A DNA stretch of 48,864 bases, the filler included, from Catajapyx aquilonaris (taxonomy: Eukaryota), in the NCBI GenBank assembly GCA_000934665.2. It is 2 parts of 2 records of this genome, joined end to end, with 100 filler letters (N's around TTAATTAATTAA, not from the genome) between each part and the next. Parts side by side here need not be neighbours in the genome. Positions count along the whole stretch, not along the records: positions 24,468 to 48,864 come from JYFJ02005533.1; 1 more part is not named here. One strand, written 5' to 3'. The notes under the pieces were generated by a model. That model was not told the origin of the DNA. It saw only the letters and a list, made by a program, of their open reading frames with translations, and ran no database searches. Below, piece after piece: positions 47,251 to 48,864 of this stretch. Made by a program: the position numbers and the translations under genes. Within the stretch, counting starts at the first letter, position 1; each line of letters starts with the position of its first letter.

Positions 47251-47668
47251 TATTAGACAAATCCCAAAGTAGCCCTCCTAATGTCACGGAAACAAGGTAG
47301 ATGTAGATGTGTATGATGGGAGAGTTGTTAGTTTGGGGTGTTGGAATAATGTTTGGAAGAGCATGGCATGGGCGGCCCTCTTACAAACATGTCATGTGTG
47401 TCCTCTGACACTTTGAAAATAAAAACCTATCAATTCCACACTTTATATCGTATTTTCCTGTGTACCGGAGAAAATATCATTCCTTATTTACTGCAACTGC
47501 CCAAAAAGTCTTGAGATCTAACCAAAAACGGACTCGTAAAAAAACCTCCAAGTCCTTAGCCACTCCGCCTAAAAAAGTTGTGAGATCATGGATGGACACC
47601 AAGCCTCTTTGTGAGACTATAGATTAAGTCAAGTTACTTGGCTCACGATTGGAGACTATAGACTTACA

Positions 47669-48780
47669 ACTCGCTTTGCGAGGCGGGGGGCTCCGCCCCC
47701 CCCACACCCCCCCTTGGGGCTGCGCCCCAATTGGCGCGCCTTCGGCGCTACGCGTTCCCGCCCGGGCCTACCTACTTACCCAGCACCGCTAGAGAGCTGG
47801 AAATAATAACCTGGAGTTCGTCGTCAACGGACGAGTGACCAATGAAGCATGACAAATACCAGGATCACCACTACAGGGCTGGCAACAATAACCTGGAGTT
47901 TGTCGTCAACGGAGTCACCAATGAAGCATGACAAATACCAGGACCACCACTTCAGGGCTGGCAGCAATAACCTGGAGTTCGTCGTCAACGGAGTGACCAG
48001 AGGGGCATAAAAAATACCAGGATCACCACTACAGGGCTGGCAACAATAACGTGGAGTACGTCGTCAACGGAGTCACCAATGAAGCATGACAAATACCACA
48101 CCTGCAACAATCAACCAACCTATGAACCAGCCAATCAACCAACAACAATGAGCGCGCCCCACAAACAACAGTGCAAGTGCAGCCGGCCGCCACACACTTC
48201 CTCCGACACTCCGCTAAAATTGGTCGGAGCGAGGTGGCAATGTGGCATCTATGTTCACAGGACACCCGTGACGTCACCACTAAAGGTGCGAGTAAAAGGC
48301 AACATGACGCAATAACAGATGACGTAGTGGAGGCGTTGAGTAGGGGAGGAGGATTCGAGGGGCCGGGCGGGCCGCCGGGGAAGCGGGAGGTTATTGTGGG
48401 TGGTGGAGGCAATGCGATAGTGGCTCTCGTCTGTTGGCCGCTCGGGGAACCGGGGGAGTTTGCGGATACATTAATTTTGCGATCTCGGGTTTGCGTCTAA
48501 ATTTAATTTGGCGATCTCGAAAACGGCTGGGAATTTTGCGATTATGAGGATTTTTGTAAACACTAAACCGGGGGCAAGGAATCCAACGGTGCAAGCCCGA
48601 GGTTTCTACGACCTCGGGAAGTGCGAAATCTTTTCCATCCTCCTCCTCCTATATCCTCCTCGTTTAGGGGCTTTATATATATTAGAAGACTCGCTTTGCG
48701 AGGTGGGGGGGCTCCGCCCCCCCATACCCCCCCTTGGGGCTGCGCCCCAATTGGCGCGCCTTCGGCACTATGCCCGTGTT
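47669..48780 (+). repeat. ~1.0-kb unit bounded by ~90-bp direct repeats (Helitron-like tandem unit)
   Basis: ACTCGCTTTGCGAGG.GGGGGGCTCCGCCCC...GGGGCTGCGCCCCAATTGGCGCGCCTTCGGC at ~47669 and ~48689; the latter is preceded by CTTTATATATATTAGAAG. Confidence 0.65.
47797..48098 (+). repeat. 79-bp minisatellite, ~3.8 copies
   Basis: Units start at 47797, 47879, 47958 and 48037 (CTGGCAACAATAACCTGGAGTTCGTCGTCAACGGAG...CACCACTACAGGG). Confidence 0.9.
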
Positions 48781-48864
48781 CCGCCTAATCCATCCGGTTA
48801 CAGAAATCAGTGACGTCACCGGTAGCGATGAGGAGTTTCCGAACGTGCCCTCTCTGACGTATCG

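Noticed and set aside
47797..48098. Possible CRISPR array
   Set aside because: Whole 79-bp units repeat with no unique spacers, there are no cas genes, and the context is eukaryotic.

Overview
Eukaryotic, invertebrate (probably arthropod-type) nuclear DNA in two halves. They are joined by an artificial 100-nt spacer (44 N + TTAATTAATTAA + 44 N, 24368-24467), so true adjacency is not guaranteed. The left half contains no intact host gene. It has many MITE/foldback elements and a tRNA-derived SINE (1-7.5 kb), then a dense mosaic of short, decayed transposon coding fragments: MULE, SWIM/Kolobok, gypsy, mariner, Transib, Tc1, Sola-like, Myb/SANT and P. Almost all of these lie on the minus strand, which is piRNA-cluster-like. 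Just downstream of the MULE remnant is an AUG-less ~145-nt TATA/Inr-led unit ending in two histone-type 3' stem-loops. The right half holds four two-exon genes for a secreted Gly/His/Tyr/Lys-containing ~100-aa protein, two tRNA-Gly(TCC) genes co-duplicated between them, and an intact 7-exon divergent cis-prenyltransferase (DHDDS-like) gene on the opposite strand. It ends in MITEs, a Harbinger derivative, Helitron helicase remnants and tandem repeats. All calls come from manual reading; no database searches were run.
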